The notes under the pieces: generated by a model
The model's database searches: none
Seen by the model: the letters and a program-made list of their open reading frames with translations, nothing else
What the model was told of the DNA's origin: nothing
Position numbers and translations under genes: made by a program
In this document: one piece after another, positions 30,656-44,411 of the stretch
Numbering within the stretch: the first letter of the stretch is position 1
Layout of the letters: each line of letters begins with the position of its first letter
NCBI GenBank assembly: GCA_964016885.1
Contig: OZ024740.1
Coordinates: forward strand, 148,800,001-148,864,000
Length of the DNA stretch: 64,000 nt
DNA from: Eledone cirrhosa
Taxonomy: Eukaryota
Direction of reading: 5' to 3'

Positions 30656-33600
30656 TTTGTTATCCCGTATACGTAGCTCCCACCTGGTTGAGCAACACCA
30701 TTAGCGCACGGCAACAACACGGAAAATCACCGTATAGGAATATCACTGAAAAACATACCTATACCTACAAATAAGGACTATACACTAGGCTTGATTTCAT
30801 CCGTAGGGTCCGATGGAAGGCTTATCACTTCGACAAAAGACCAGCTATTAATACAAGAGAATTTTCTAAGGAAAATTACGGATTCACATCCTGCAAAAAC
30901 CCTCCAAACCACCCCGCACTCGATTAACTTCGAGCTGGACCTTATGAATATGATAAGTGGAACTAAATTTAAAAAAAGAACACACCACAACAAATTACAA
31001 AATGACATCAATACACTACTAAAAAAACTAAAAGACACCAACGGTATCATAGTAAAGGCAGACAAAACATCAAACGTATATTCTATGGACCTTAACACGT
31101 ACAATAATTTCATTCAGCGTGAACTACACAAAAAATACAAAAAAACAAATGAATCCACACTCACCAGCATTAACGTGGAGGGCCTTAGGATAGTAAATAA
31201 ACTCGGAATATCCGATAGAACCGAGCCTCTAAGCCCATGCAATCCCACATTTAACCTTAAGGATCACAAAATTAATTTTGAAACAAATCCTACTATCAGA
31301 TTAATATGCCCATCTAAGTCGGATATAGGTAAAATTAGCAAGAATATTCTAGATAGGGTAATCGCACAAATAAAGGGAAAACTAGAAATCAATTTATGGG
31401 GTAACACTAACGAGGCGATTGAATGGTTCAATAAAATAAGAAATAAAGAGACATGTAACTTCATACAATTCGATATAAACGATTACTATGCGTCCATATC
31501 CCCAGCCACCCTAGATACAGCGCTTATATTTGCCCAAAATAACTCCGATCTTACCCCTGATGTAATTGAAATAATAATTGTTTCTATTTTAGGCACAAGG
31601 CCAGCAATTAACCACTTTATGTTATCGACCCCGTAAGGATGAAAGGCAAAGTCAACCTCGACGGGATTTGAACTCAGATCGTAAAGGGACGTAACTATGC
31701 TGGACAGCATGGCGTCCGACCCTCTACCGATACTGCCAATCCACCGCCTTGAATTTGAAATAATAATAGCGGCTAGAATGACTATCATAAAATTTGAAAA
31801 TAGCTACTGGGTAAGAAAAGATAGGATAAACAGCTTCGATATGACAATGGGATCAAATGATTCAGCGCAAATCACTGACGTCGTGGGGCTATTTATAGCA
31901 CACAACCTACATAAAGAATTCAGTAACATCCAAGGAGGGATTTATAGGGATGACACGCTCCTTATAGCTAGGAACTTAAACAACCAGAGCATGGAAAGAT
32001 TAAGAAAAAACATTAGAACATTCTTCAAAAAACTAGGCCTAAGTATTACCTACGAACTGAATCATAAAAAGGTAAACTTTCTAGATGTGACTCTAAATCT
32101 AAATACGGGATTAATAGAACCCTTCCACAAAAATAATGAGAATCTGGCCTACATTAGTTATAATTCAAACCACCCCAGATCCATAATCAGATCCATAGTA
32201 CGTAGTATATCCCTTAGAATATCCCGCTTATCCTCAAATCTACAAATGTTTAATGAACATGCTAACTATTATAACGCGGCATTACATAGGGCCGGACACA
32301 AAGAAAAGCTGCAGTTTATAACGGATAAAGACAACTCAAACAAACCTACTAAAACTGACACCAACCGCTCACACAAAAATAGAGGTAACAGGACTAGACA
32401 TCGAGGTAGGCACGTAGCACCTAGAGTAAGTGGTCCAAACACCAATAATGTAAACCCTGGAAACAATAGAAGAATTAGAGAAAGAAAATACCTGTGGTTC
32501 AATCCAATCTTCAACTCCTCTGTAAAAACTAGACTGCCGTCTACGTTCTTTAAACTAATAGATAAACACTTCATAAAATCCTCAATAGAAAAACTATGAA
32601 ACTCTCATACTCTACGGCTGCAAATATAGAATCCCACATACGCAAGATTAACCACAAAAATACCTCTAGGGAAACCGCCCCACCTATGCGCAACATAGCA
32701 CCAAATTCTAAACATAAACACATCACAGTATCACAACCGCAAACGCATACAAGCACGCAGCAGCAAAACCTCAACGGGCACGAATCACAACTCACTTATA
32801 GCAGTGTACAAAACAGCAGTGTGGAAGCTGCACAGAATAACACCTCAAACTGCAACTGTCAACTACCAGATAGATGCCTATTGGCGAACAGATGCCTTGA
32901 TTCGAGCCTAGTGTACATGTGTACGGTGAACTCGGGCAACTCCACTTGGCATTACATTGGATCCACCGCTGGTACTTTTAAAAAAAGATGGTATGTGCAC
33001 AGACACTCGATGAACAACCGTGCACTTATAGGTTCTACAACTCTCGCCAAAAAGATCTGGGAACTTAAGGACAATAACATCAACTACAATATCAACTGGT
33101 CGAGGTTGTCGGCCGCAAGAGCATATAGCACCGGTATGTCCTATTGTAGGCTCTGCGATCTTGAATTACTGTATATCCTTAGGAATGAAAAAAGGCTATT
33201 CAACAAGATAGAAAGATCAATTTTCTGCAGACACAGGATCGCCACTAAATTCACAAGATTTAAGCCACCGTGAATCGAACCAACATAACTTAGCATTCAA
33301 CATATGAAATCCACACTATTACACAGACCACCACAGAACTATAATATTCATTACGCAGATTTTAGCCTCCTTAATTCTATACCACAGTAATGTCTGCAAA
33401 TATCTTATCAACCCATAAATATATCTCTTCTCAGCTGCTGTCAACACAACTTCCTCACCTTTGATTCTCAACAGATGAACCTAAATCCAAGTACATTATC
33501 AGAATACTACCACAGTAAAACATCACCTTCATCCTGTTATAATTGTAGTCAGCATGTTTTCTCTCTATATATATATATATACTGCTCCCTTAACCTCTGT

Positions 33601-34362
33601 ATTAACTTACCTATTATATTGCTACTCTGTTAATGTTATCTTATACATGTATGTTATTGGTGATGTGAAAGCTAAACAACCCCATGATTCGAACTAACAA
33701 TCCTTTCATCTAATATAGACCACTTAAATATTGAATCCACTTCACACCACCAAAATTACTATCCTCACTACAATGAAAATATTTTATCTGTCAGATAATA
33801 AATAATTCTTACGGTCAGCAAACCTACGTAAAGGAAATGGCACATTGTTTAAAGCCCCGGCTTATCTCTACACTATATATAATACACCACATGACAGCTT
33901 TTACATGTCAATTTCATACATCTGCCTCATATCCGCTTGTTTTACATGCTTAAGTCATAAGTATACTCTATGTCTTACTTAGATTGATGTTGTGATTATT
34001 TCAACTAATTTATTGCTAGCAGTGTTAGTATTGTTATTATTGTTCTGATTTAATGCCACTACTATATATAGAAGCCATGCCTGTGTATTCCCTTCATTCT
34101 CGCTAGCTCTAATGAATTGACTGGTTATAACTATGTACTGGTGATCGATTGACGCAGAAACAGCCGGGGAACGTTCTCTAGACCCACCAGTTCAGAGAAA
34201 CAATTGTCAGCAATGTGATTAAAGCCCTTATTGTATAGCAAACCGTGTCACTCTTCTTTCTTGATTTATCATTACTCCAAGTGTAAACAACATAGAAATC
34301 ACCGCGTTCTCGCAACATCACTATGGAAGCGCCTTGTTGAGTCAAACTTAGCCAAACTTAGC
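30656..34362 (+). mobile_element. Near full-length degenerate Naiad-type Penelope-like element (RT + GIY-YIG + 3' non-coding region)
   Basis: KADKTSNVY, LKDHKINF..RLICPSKSDIG, QFDINDYY, FDMTMGSNDSA, YRDD, VNFLDVT, CNC-x5-C, LVY..YIG, CRLC. Contains frameshifts and a SINE insertion. HHR 3'-half remnant GAAACAATTGTCAGCAA at 34197-34213. Confidence 0.9.
31579..31748 (-). mobile_element. SINE family A inserted in the PLE RT
   Basis: 13-bp TSD TTGAAATAATAAT at 31566-31578/31755-31767. Confidence 0.92.
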
Positions 34363-34409
34363 CATATATATATATATATATATCATATATATATGTATGT
34401 ATATATATA

Positions 34410-34478
<69 letters not shown>

Positions 34479-34643
34479 TGTATATATATATATATATATC
34501 ATATATATATTATGTATATATATATATCATATATATATTATGTATATATATATATCATATACATATGCATGTATATATATATATATATATATATATCATA
34601 TATATGTGTATATGTATATATATATATCATATATGTATGTATG

Positions 34644-34674
<31 letters not shown>

Positions 34675-34685
34675 CATATATATGT

Positions 34686-34725
<40 letters not shown>

Positions 34726-34789
34726 TATATATATGTATGTAAGTATATAGGTATACATATATATAAATATCATATATAGATATAGATAT

Positions 34790-34820
<31 letters not shown>

Positions 34821-34843
34821 CATATATATGTATATATATATAT

Positions 34844-34888
<45 letters not shown>

Positions 34889-34968
34889 CTTTGCGAGGTT
34901 TTTGATATGAAATCGTGTGTCGAAACAAATATTGTTATACTTGGGGAGGGTCATATTTGTGTAATAAT

Positions 34969-35143
34969 TGTTTCTATTTTAGGCCAAAGGCCAGCAATTA
35001 TCCAGTACATTACTGGTACTTTATTTTATCGACCCTGTAAGGATGAAAGGCAAAGTTAACCTCGGCAGGATTTGAACTCAGATTGTAAAGGGACGTAACT
35101 ATGCTGGAAAGCATGGCGTCCGACCCTCTACCGATACTGCCAA
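34969..35143 (-). mobile_element. SINE family A (GTAC/TTAAC variant)
   Basis: TSD GTGTAATAAT at 34959-34968/35144-35153. Confidence 0.92.
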
Positions 35144-35323
35144 GTGTAATAATATTGCCAGAATTAATAACAGAACACACTCACTGTTTGGTTGGTTTTC
35201 GCTTCTGTCTCTTTTATATCGGTTGATTTATTAATTTATTAAATAAAGGACACAGAAGCGAAAACCAACAAAATAGTGAGTGTGTTCTGTTATTAATTCT
35301 GGCAATATTATTACACAAATATG

Positions 35324-35507
35324 GGCGATGGATTGGCAGTATCAGTAGAGGGTCGGACGCCATGCTTTCCAGCATAGTTACCTCCCTTTACGATCTGAGT
35401 TCAAATCCCGCTGAGGTTGACTTTGCCTTTCATCCTTACGGGGTCGATAAAATAAAGTACCAGTAATGAACTTTGTATTTGCTGGCCTTGTGCCTGAAGT
35501 AGAAACA
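35324..35507 (+). mobile_element. SINE family A (GAAC/TTGAC variant)
   Basis: TSD ATTATTACACAAATATG at 35307-35323/35508-35524. Confidence 0.92.
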
Positions 35508-35558
35508 ATTATTACACAAATATGACCTTCCCCAAGTATAACAATATATTTATATATA

Positions 35559-35594
<36 letters not shown>

Positions 35595-35903
35595 TATATA
35601 TATCATATACATATATATATATATGTATATATATATTATATATATATATATATCATATATATATATATATATATATATAGATAGATAGATTTCTTTATTT
35701 ACCATAAAGGTATAAAAAGAAGGGACAAATACAAAGGGGGAGTTTACATAAAACCGAGTAAAAAGGGTATAAATGAAAATAATCAAAAACAACCTCAAAA
35801 GGGAGGGGACGTGATGGGGGTTGCACACACCCCCGAAAAAGTGTGCAATCCTTTGCCCGGGGAGCACATGGAGAAGGTGCTCCCCTCTCCTTGACTTCTT
35901 TAC

Positions 35904-38900
35904 CTACAGGATGGTATACAGAGAAGACCCATTTACACGAGCCATTCTCGCCACTATCACCCACCTTTCATAAAACTGCCTGTGGCCAAGCACCTCTCTC
36001 TCCATTCTTATCCTTCTTCCGAAGTGATATCGGAAGAAGTAGACCAGACTATAGCCAGAGAGTAAGTTGCCTGACCTCAGACCTTTCAATCGTGTCCACC
36101 AAACAACCTCTTTCAACATGGCTAGAAAAACCGCCTTTGCTTCCTTTGTGAAGAGGGGAGGCGGCTTGATTGTCATCACGGACTCGGCGGTCAATCGAAT
36201 CGGCGCCACCCGCGACAGCAGTCGTTCGGCGTAGCCCCACAGATCAGCCACGCCCGGACAGTGCACCAATGCGTGCGCAACGGTTTCTTCGTGACGCACG
36301 CATCTAGGGCAAATCTTTTTCGAGGGATCCCTGCCCGGGCGCCCGTGTCTGTAGAGCTTTTCTCGAACGGGTAGAGCCCCCCGGTAGCACTGCCAGGCCA
36401 GTGACTTCTGGAAGTTGTCCATTGGTCCCGGGCCGAAAGTCCTACCGAACAGGCTGGCCAGTTCGTCCTCTTCTATGTCCAGCGACTCTCCAAGGATGTC
36501 ATCGCCCCTGCTAGCCACCAGCCTTCTATAGAATGACGAGGTGGATTCTCCACCGATGGCCGGGTCTGCTTGCCAGAGAGCCCTGAGCGCCTGGGCACAC
36601 TCAGTGTGCCAGTCGCCCACTTTTCTGGATCTTTGCTTGACCCAGGACTGCAGCTCGGTGAGAGAGACGAGTCTCGGAAAGGCTCGTCTCACGAACGGAG
36701 CCCACACCGGTTGACCAGTCAGGAATACCTGTAGGTGCCGTAGCCTTAATGCGTGCCTACGCATCATAAACCACGGCATCCCCAGCCCTCCTTTCGAAGG
36801 TTGTTGGCAGCAGATGGATCTTCTCACCATAGGAGGGCGCTTCTTCCAAAGAAATTGAAAGAGCATGCGTTCCATGGTGGTGAGTGTTTCCTTAGGGCAA
36901 GGCACGACAGTCAGGCGGTAGTAGGTGACGGACGCTATGTAAATGTTCCGACCTCCGTCCGACCTTTCAGGGACAGCTTACACTTGGCCCATTTCTGGGT
37001 TAGTGCAAACCCCTTGTTCGTAACCTCGCCTCAGTTCTTTTCCACCTGGAGGTCCGGTCCAAACCAGACCCCAAGCAACTTCACCGGGCCCTCCGTCCAG
37101 TGTCCGACGACACAGTCGGGAGGCATCGGTCTGCCTGTCCACGTTCCGAGTTGCAGCCCGATGGATTTTTCCCGGTTCAGTTTCGCTCCTGACAACCTTT
37201 CGTATTCCTCCAGTAAGGTATCGATCGCCTCGATCTCCGAGTTGGTCGATACCATTACTGTTACGTCATCGGCGTAGGCCGACACCGCTTTGCTCAATCC
37301 TGGTTCCAGGGGGATACCCTGCAACAACTCCAACTTCCTCAGTAAAGGCTCGGGAGTCAATACGTACAGAAGGGAGAAGAGAGGGCACCCCTGTCGAATG
37401 GATCGTGTGATTTCGAACGGCTTCGAAAGGTAGCCGTTCACCTTGATCCTAGAACAGATGTGGTTGCTATGTAGGCAGTGATCCAGCCTCTGAAAACAGG
37501 ACCGAACCCAGCCGCCGCTAGCACCGCATCCAGGTAACCATGGTCGACCCTATCGAACGCCTTAGACTGATCCAAGTTGATCAGGGCCCCACCGAAGCCG
37601 GGTTTGTTTCCAACCCTCTCTATAATGTATCTTATGAGGTGGAGGTTGTCGTGAATGGACCTGGATGGGATAGCACATGTCTGCGCATCTCCCACGACAA
37701 GCGCGAACCTCTTTGCTAACACCTTGGCAAAAAACTTTAACTCTGTGTTTAGCAGGGTTATGGGCCGAAAATTATTTATACTATCCCCCCTGTTCTCGTC
37801 CTTCCTCACCAGCGAGACTACGCCCTTGGCTACAGAACAAGGAACTCTCCCGTTCTGCTGCCAATTGCAGTAGACTGCTTCGAGGAGTTCGGAGAAGAAG
37901 ACCGGCATTGCTAAATAAAGTTCGTAAGGTATACCATCGAGACCTAGAGATTTGCGTCTGCTGCATTGGCTCAGCGCATCCCCGATCTCATCAGCCGAGA
38001 TTGGTCCCTCGCAGGACTCTGTCTCTTCGCTCGAGAGCCGCGGCAGGCCGTCGAGGTATGGACCGAAATCCACGTCCCCCGCCCGGACCCTCGCCTCCTC
38101 CGAACAATCGGGCAAAGTGCCTTTGAAAAGCCTCGCACATCTGCTTAGGCTCCCGGATCACCCGTCCATCCTCGTCTTGCAAAGACCGGATGGTGGATCG
38201 ATTTCCACTCTTAGCTTCTGTCACGCGGGCCCAGCCAACGGCTTTGGCCCCCTCATTACCCAAAGCACGTATGTTACTTCGAACGACGCAGCCTTCGTGC
38301 TTTGCATCGAAAAACTGGCTCAAGGCCGTCCTCGATGCCAGCACTCTGGCCACATCTTCGCTCTTGATTGCCTCTTCTAATTTACCTGTTAATTCTTTCT
38401 CGTTCCTATTCCTATCGGCAGCTAACATCTTGCTATAACTTTCTTATTCTGTTCTAATCTCTCTTTTGAGAGATGCCCAGCATCGGTTGTTGACGATTGC
38501 ACCCGTCAACCTCCCCTTAACTAATCTGCTAATCCGGTCTCTGTAAGCCTCTTTTGCCGGTAAAGACAAATTAAGTTTCCAGTAACCGGGACCCTGTCTA
38601 TGTGTTCTCTCGAGGTTGACTACGCAGGTCACTAATTTGTTATCTGTATAGCCAACCGTGAGCATTTCTGGACAGCTTAATATGTCCTTATCCTTACTTC
38701 TAACTAAGAATCTATCTAAGTACGATCTAGATTGACCACTGTGGTTCGTCGAAGTCCAGGTTGGCACAGTTGGAAAATCTAGTCGATATCTATCGACCAA
38801 GTTAAAACGGTCGAGTAACCCCTTGAGGCTGTTACACCCCTCTCTATTAGGACATGCTCCTGCATAGTCCCAACGTTCATCTAGGATGTCATTCCAGTCG

Positions 38901-39319
38901 CCCGCTAGAAGCAGGGAACGCGACATTCCCAGAAAATTCTCCAGACGCTGGAAGAAGTCGGGTCGTTCAGCTTCGAAAGGGGAGTAGACGGCGACCAGTC
39001 TCAAGGCCGCACCTCCACTACTGCCAACGTCTAGCACCAACAAACGACCTTCCGGGTCCGAGTGAACAACCTGTACGGCGAGACCCAGGTTTTTTTCCAG
39101 CAGTACGACAACCCCACCCCCACCTCCAGGTTGACAGAGAGATGCGTGCACCTCAAAGTCATCGAAGGTAGGGGCCAGCTGCCGCACGACGCTGATCCGA
39201 GTCTCACAGATAACCATTACATTTATACCACGTGACCTGAGGTCATTTAGAAGCTTTGCTTGCTTCTAAGTTGAGCCCAGGCCACGTGCATTCAAACATG
39301 CTACTCTTAACACATCCAT
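35904..39319 (-). pseudogene. Tx1/L1-type ORF2 (APE endonuclease + RT + Zn finger), disrupted
   Basis: Split over ORFs 38444-39217, 37991-38428, 37438-38115, 37031-37441 and 35904-36905. Confidence 0.9.
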
Positions 39320-41044
39320 GTGGGCGTCAAAGCCAAAGGAGAGTGTAGAGACCTACCTTTCTGCTTCCCGGGGTTCGGGTCGCACGACTTCCATGGGGTC
39401 GGGGGTGTTGGGTGAAGGGGTGTCTTGTGGTGGTGTGGGGTCGTCAGTGTGTGGTTGGGTTGGGGTGTTTGGAGTTGTGTTGGGGAGGGGAAGGGGAGGG
39501 GGAAAGCTTTTTAGGAGGACGCGGTTTATGGGTTTGACAGAGGGTGGTCCTACGTCCTCCTTAAAATCCTTTTTTAGTTTTTGGTAGAGGTTCATTGGGA
39601 TCTTTATTAATTTTAAATGTGGGTAGTTTTCTGAACAAACCAAGTTTACTCCTTCGGTTTGTACCGAAGGGTTATTGTTTATGAGTTCATTTAATTTATT
39701 ATTGTTTCTGTTGATGTAAGTATAGTCTAATCTCTTTTTTTTCGGATGGTGTGGGTGTTTCGAAGAGGGGAGGGGCAGGTTTGGTTTTGTTTGTTGCTGG
39801 AGGGGTGTTTTGTGTTTTGTTGGATTGTGTTGACATTTGGGTAGGGGCTGTTTGGCCTTGTGTGTTTTGCACATGTTTTCTTTTTTTCCTTTTAATCTGT
39901 CTGAAGGACTCCGTTTCTTCCTCCGAATTCGTTGGGTTATCTTCAGTGTTGGAGGGAAGAGGTATGTTTGCTGGTAATGTTTCCGTGTTGGTTTTCTTTG
40001 TGGGGGAGGTGGATGTCACTATGTTAGACTGTGTTGTGTGTTGTGGCTGCGGTGGTTGTGTTGTTTTATTGAGTGAGGGGTTGGGTGGGACTGTGTTTTG
40101 TTTTTGGGTAATGTGTTGTGTCTGTTTGTGCTGTGGTGGTGGTGTAGTTTTACTGAGGGACGGGTTGGGTGGGACTGAGTTTTGTTGTTTGTTTATCTGT
40201 TGTGGTGGTGGTGGAGCTGGTATTGGTAGCAGGGTTTTCTTCTTGTTGAGTTGAGGACAAGCCTCCTTCAGGTGCCCTCTGCCTGCACAGATATGACAGG
40301 ACGGCCTTCTCCCCTCCACGCTAATGTTTATATACCCGTGGCCCTCTAATAGGATTCTGTCGGGTATTTGGGCAATGCGTTCAGGCTTCATTTGCACTAC
40401 AAGTTCTATACCTGTTCCACTGAACGCATTGCCTGTGGTTTTCCCAATGGAAATCACGTTGTCATTCGCTGGTTCGATGAAGCCAGCTATGAGCCAGCAG
40501 TGGTCCATATCTGGCATCATCGCATCCAGCCATATGCACTGAGTTCTTTTACCCATATAAGATGGATAAAAGGTAAAATTTGTCGAACGAATCGGCAACT
40601 AATCATATTTTTTTGCCGACGATTCGTTCTTCATAATAATGGCCAGGCTTCCATAGAGCCTGTCTCTTCTTATGAAAGTGGCTTCATTAAGTACTTCTCT
40701 AAGTACCGCTTTAATTTCTGCTTGTGTTGGTTGTTGTGGCTTTTTTGAGATGTTGTTGATGGTGCGGAAAACGACCGTCCGACTTTCAATATCTCTGGTG
40801 AGTTCTTGGGGCATTTTTACTGACAAGGCTCCATTTTCCTCTTGAGTTATGAATTGTTTGGCGTTTTTTATTCTTTGTGCCACATCTGAAATATTTTCAG
40901 GTATGTATGTTAAAGATTTTTTGTTGTTTGTGCAAATGAGATGTTATTGGTGTTGACTTTGTCGTCTGTTTTCCTTTCTGTTATGATGTTGTTGTTTTCA
41001 AATGTTATTTTTGCGTTTGTTGTTTCTTTGTTTGTGGTATTAAT

Positions 41045-41227
41045 ATTGTTTCTACTTTAGGCACAAGGCCAACACATACCCAGTTCATTACTGGTACTTT
41101 ATTTTATCGACCCCGTAGGGATGAAAGGCAAAGTCAACCTCGGCGGGATTTGAACTCAGATCGTAAACGGACGTAACTATGCTGGAAAGCATGGCATCCG
41201 ACCCTCTACCGATACTGCCAATCCACC
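41045..41227 (-). mobile_element. SINE family A inserted in the Tx1 5' region
   Basis: TSD AATATTGT at 41042-41049/41228-41235. Confidence 0.9.
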
Positions 41228-41863
41228 AATATTGTCATGCAATTCTTTCATATTTTTTTGTTGTTGGAATCAATCTCCAGATTTGTGTTTTCGTCGACAT
41301 TTTTCTCCGCAGATTCGTCTGTTTTTATTTTATTTTTTCTTTCCTTCTCTATGACGTTAGTTGGGAAGGAAGGGGAGACTAAAGCGTGCGAGCTTACAAC
41401 TCTTACCGCTGTCCCCCACCACTATTTTCGTTAGCTCGTTTAACATTTCTCCCAGACGATTGAAATTTTATGCAACAAAATTTTTAAAAACAGGTTTTTC
41501 ACCCCTGGGAGGGGCGAAAATGAGCTGACCCACCGCCTGACAGTTCAGACGGGGGGGTCAAGCTACACAATAGTATCAAAATTAAAATTAAACTTACAAA
41601 ATTTCCGCAATAAATTGGAACAAAACTTCTGCGCGAAGTGAATTACGTCTACGCTATCGAACAGACGACAGCTAGATAAAATAAATAGATAGATAGATAG
41701 ATAGATAGATATACACGGGTGTGTATGATTGTGTATAGAAGATTATATTAATAAGAGGAATTCCAACTTTGTCTGATTTACTCGTTTTATTTACAATCCT
41801 CTAAAATTTATAATGGTATTATAATGAAATAGTATGATAGAATATTAAATGTTAAGTGTTAAT

Positions 41864-41902
41864 TGAACAAGTACTTTCATGCTTTCGCAATCTTCAGATT
41901 CA
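41864..41902 (-). ncRNA. Minimal hammerhead ribozyme
   Basis: TGAAT-CTGAAGA-T-TGC(GAAA)GCA-T-GAAA-GTAC-TT^GTTCA. Confidence 0.72.
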
Positions 41903-42714
41903 TAATGTGTGGTGACAGTCAAGTTTGCAATTTTCAATTGTAATGAGATGGGTAAATTTTGTACCTTATATACAGTGAAAAGTGGCTCCCGAATGCTAAA
42001 TCTTGCAAACTGTATTTCGACCAATCGGTGTGTAGTTTCACTGAATTACTAAAGCTGATTGGTTTAAGCGTCACGGTTGGTTGAGCATGTTTAACGACCA
42101 GTAATTGATCCTATCCAAAGCATCAATTGTTTTGCTATTTTTAGAAATGATGAAAATAGCATTTTCTAGTAATCATCACCATCAACATCACTTTTATTAT
42201 TATTATTATTATTATTGTTGTTGTTGTTGTTGTTGTTGTTAGTGGTCGTAGTCGAAATGGTTGTAGTCATAGTCATAGTAGAAGTAATACCCGTAAGCGT
42301 TATTATTGTTCATTTAGTTTGGGTTTGAATTTATCAATAAGGGGTATTACTTCTACTATGACTATGACTACGACCATGTCGACTACGACCACTAACAACA
42401 ACAACAACAACAACAACAACAATAATAATAATAATAATATAAGTGATGTTGATGGTGATGATTACTAGAAAATGCTATTTTCATCATTTCTAAAAATAGC
42501 AAAACAATTTATGCTTTGGATAGGATCAATTATTGGTCGTTAAACATGCTCAACCAACCGTGACGCTTAAACCAATCAGCTTTAGTAATTCAGTGAAACT
42601 ACACACCGATTGGTCGAAACACAGTTTGCAAGATTTAGCATTCTGGAGCCACTTTTCACTTTCACCCATCTTATTACAGTTGAAAATTGCAAACTTGACT
42701 GTCACCACACATTA

Positions 42715-42753
42715 TGAACCTGAAGATTGCAAAAGCATGAAAGTACTTGTTCA
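42715..42753 (+). ncRNA. Minimal hammerhead ribozyme
   Basis: TGAAC-CTGAAGA-T-TGC(AAAA)GCA-T-GAAA-GTAC-TT^GTTCA, with palindromic AAGTACTT stem III. Confidence 0.75.
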
Positions 42754-42865
42754 ATTAACACTTAACATTTAATATTCTATCATACTATTTCATTATAATA
42801 CCATTATAAATTTTAAAGGATTGTAAATAAAACGAGTAGATCATACAAAGTTGGAATTCCTCTTA

Positions 42866-43006
<141 letters not shown>

Positions 43007-43133
43007 TGTATATATAGTGTATTTTGCAATACACTGTATGCTTAATTAAAAGCATTTTGAAGACCTTACGCTATTGTTTTAGAGTAGTGACAGTCTCACT
43101 TACTTTAAATTTTCAGCAAACAGGGGTAGATAA

Positions 43134-43178
43134 AGCTGACAGAGCTCTGTTTTGTACTATTTGGTACTTATCAAAGCT
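43134..43178 (-). ncRNA. Hammerhead, U3-A8 variant, probably inactivated (G12A)
   Basis: AGCT-TTGATAA-GTAC(CAAATA)GTAC-AAAA-CAGAGCTCTG-TC^AGCT, within repeat 43015-43210 homologous to 8290-8480. Confidence 0.6.
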
Positions 43179-43369
43179 AAGTACTCCACCTGTTTGCTGA
43201 AAATCATGAATGTATATATATGTATATATATATTGTCTTCCTGTCTTCCTCCGGTTGCAACGTTTTTGAAATATTCACTTCTGCGTTCACAGATTGACTT
43301 TCTTAGTTTCAGAAGATCCCGTTAAGGGCGAAAGCAGCGATTCTTTGCTTAAACTTTAATCTGTTATTT

Positions 43370-44281
43370 TAATAACCTACCCTTTTAGGAAAACCCACTG
43401 TACCAATAGGAAATGTATCATATGTAAGGTAATCCCCCGGATAAACTGTAAAACTAGAAACGTAGTCTATAGCATAAGATGTACAGAGGGTACTTGCAGA
43501 AATATGACAAAAACATACATAGGTGAGACAGCTCGTAGCATAGGTGAAAGGATAGACTAACACTGGGAGGAACTAAAAGGACGAAAAAACGGGTCAGTAC
43601 TATACGAACATGCTAGACAACAACATGACGGTAACATAGACAACATAGAAATTAGAATAATATCTAAACATAGAAATGACCCAGCAGATAGGCAAATCAG
43701 AGAGGCCAGTGAAATAGAAATTAGAAGACCAAGACTAAACAGAAAGAATGAATGGAATAACAACAACACCCAAACAAACAACACTGACCTAAGAGAAGTA
43801 TAAATAAGTAAATACTATAAGATAAATAAATAAATACATACACAAGCACAATAACAACAAGCACATAAACACACACTACTCACCCATCACACAGCAATCA
43901 AAACACTATACACACACGCAAACGCATGCGCAAAGAAGACAAAAGAAAATAAACAAACAAGCAAATAAATAAATAAATATATAGACAGACTGAATAAAAA
44001 TGGCATAGACATACAATACAACAGGAGGAAAAGATAGCACAACTGACGATGTTGCAGATGTGCAACGAAAGATTTATGATAAACTATATATATGTGTTTG
44101 TGTCTATATTGTATCTGTATTATTTTTGACCGTCGGTCAGTCAATGGCAACATTGAGGACCGAGTAAGTCAGATTACCGATATAAAAGACACAGAAGCGA
44201 GAAGCGAAAACCAACTAAACAGTGAGTGTTTTCTGTTATTAATTCTTGCAATATTACACAAATATAACCCTCCGCAAGTAT

Positions 44282-44290
<9 letters not shown>
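43370..44290 (+). mobile_element. PLE 3' fragment (GIY-YIG + 3' terminal repeat)
   Basis: CKTRNVVYSIRC..TYIGETARSIGERID*H..RQIREA..PRLNRKNEW, homologous to 46317-47395. Confidence 0.85.
44038..44081 (+). ncRNA. Hammerhead ribozyme, stem I eroded
   Basis: CTGACGA-T-GTTGCA(GATG)TGCAAC-GAAA-GATT-TA. Stem II covaries with the homolog at 47133-47177. Confidence 0.6.
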
Positions 44291-44354
<64 letters not shown>

Positions 44355-44379
44355 ACATATATATATACATACATATATG

Positions 44380-44409
<30 letters not shown>

Positions 44410-44411
<2 letters not shown>

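Larger units (their letters stand above)
34929..35547. repeat. Fold-back of a PLE terminus carrying a SINE in each arm
   Basis: The arms are homologous to the SINE-free terminus at 44170-44290. Confidence 0.85.
35690..41430 (-). mobile_element. Near full-length degenerate Tx1/L1-group LINE
   Basis: ORF1 pieces carry the CCHC knuckle CHICAGRGHLKEAC. ORF2 starts at ATG 39319 with LNARGL, GD.N, SYLDRF, GPGYWKLN, RPITLLN, LDQSKAFDRV, IRQGCPL, YADD and CPRC..HALVHC. AATAAA lies at the 3' end. Confidence 0.92.

Noticed and set aside
32820-33273. Selenocysteine recoding, reported for some Naiad elements
   Set aside because: Conserved cysteines here and at 13780-14100 use TGT/TGC. The TGA at 14133 reflects a frameshift.
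41430-41700. Possible Helitron 5' fragment
   Set aside because: The composition is suggestive, but no hairpin-CTAG terminus is visible.
43305-43345. HHR-like CAGAAGA-TCCC..GGGC-GAAA
   Set aside because: The core is mutated and there is no NUH or stem I. At best a decayed remnant.
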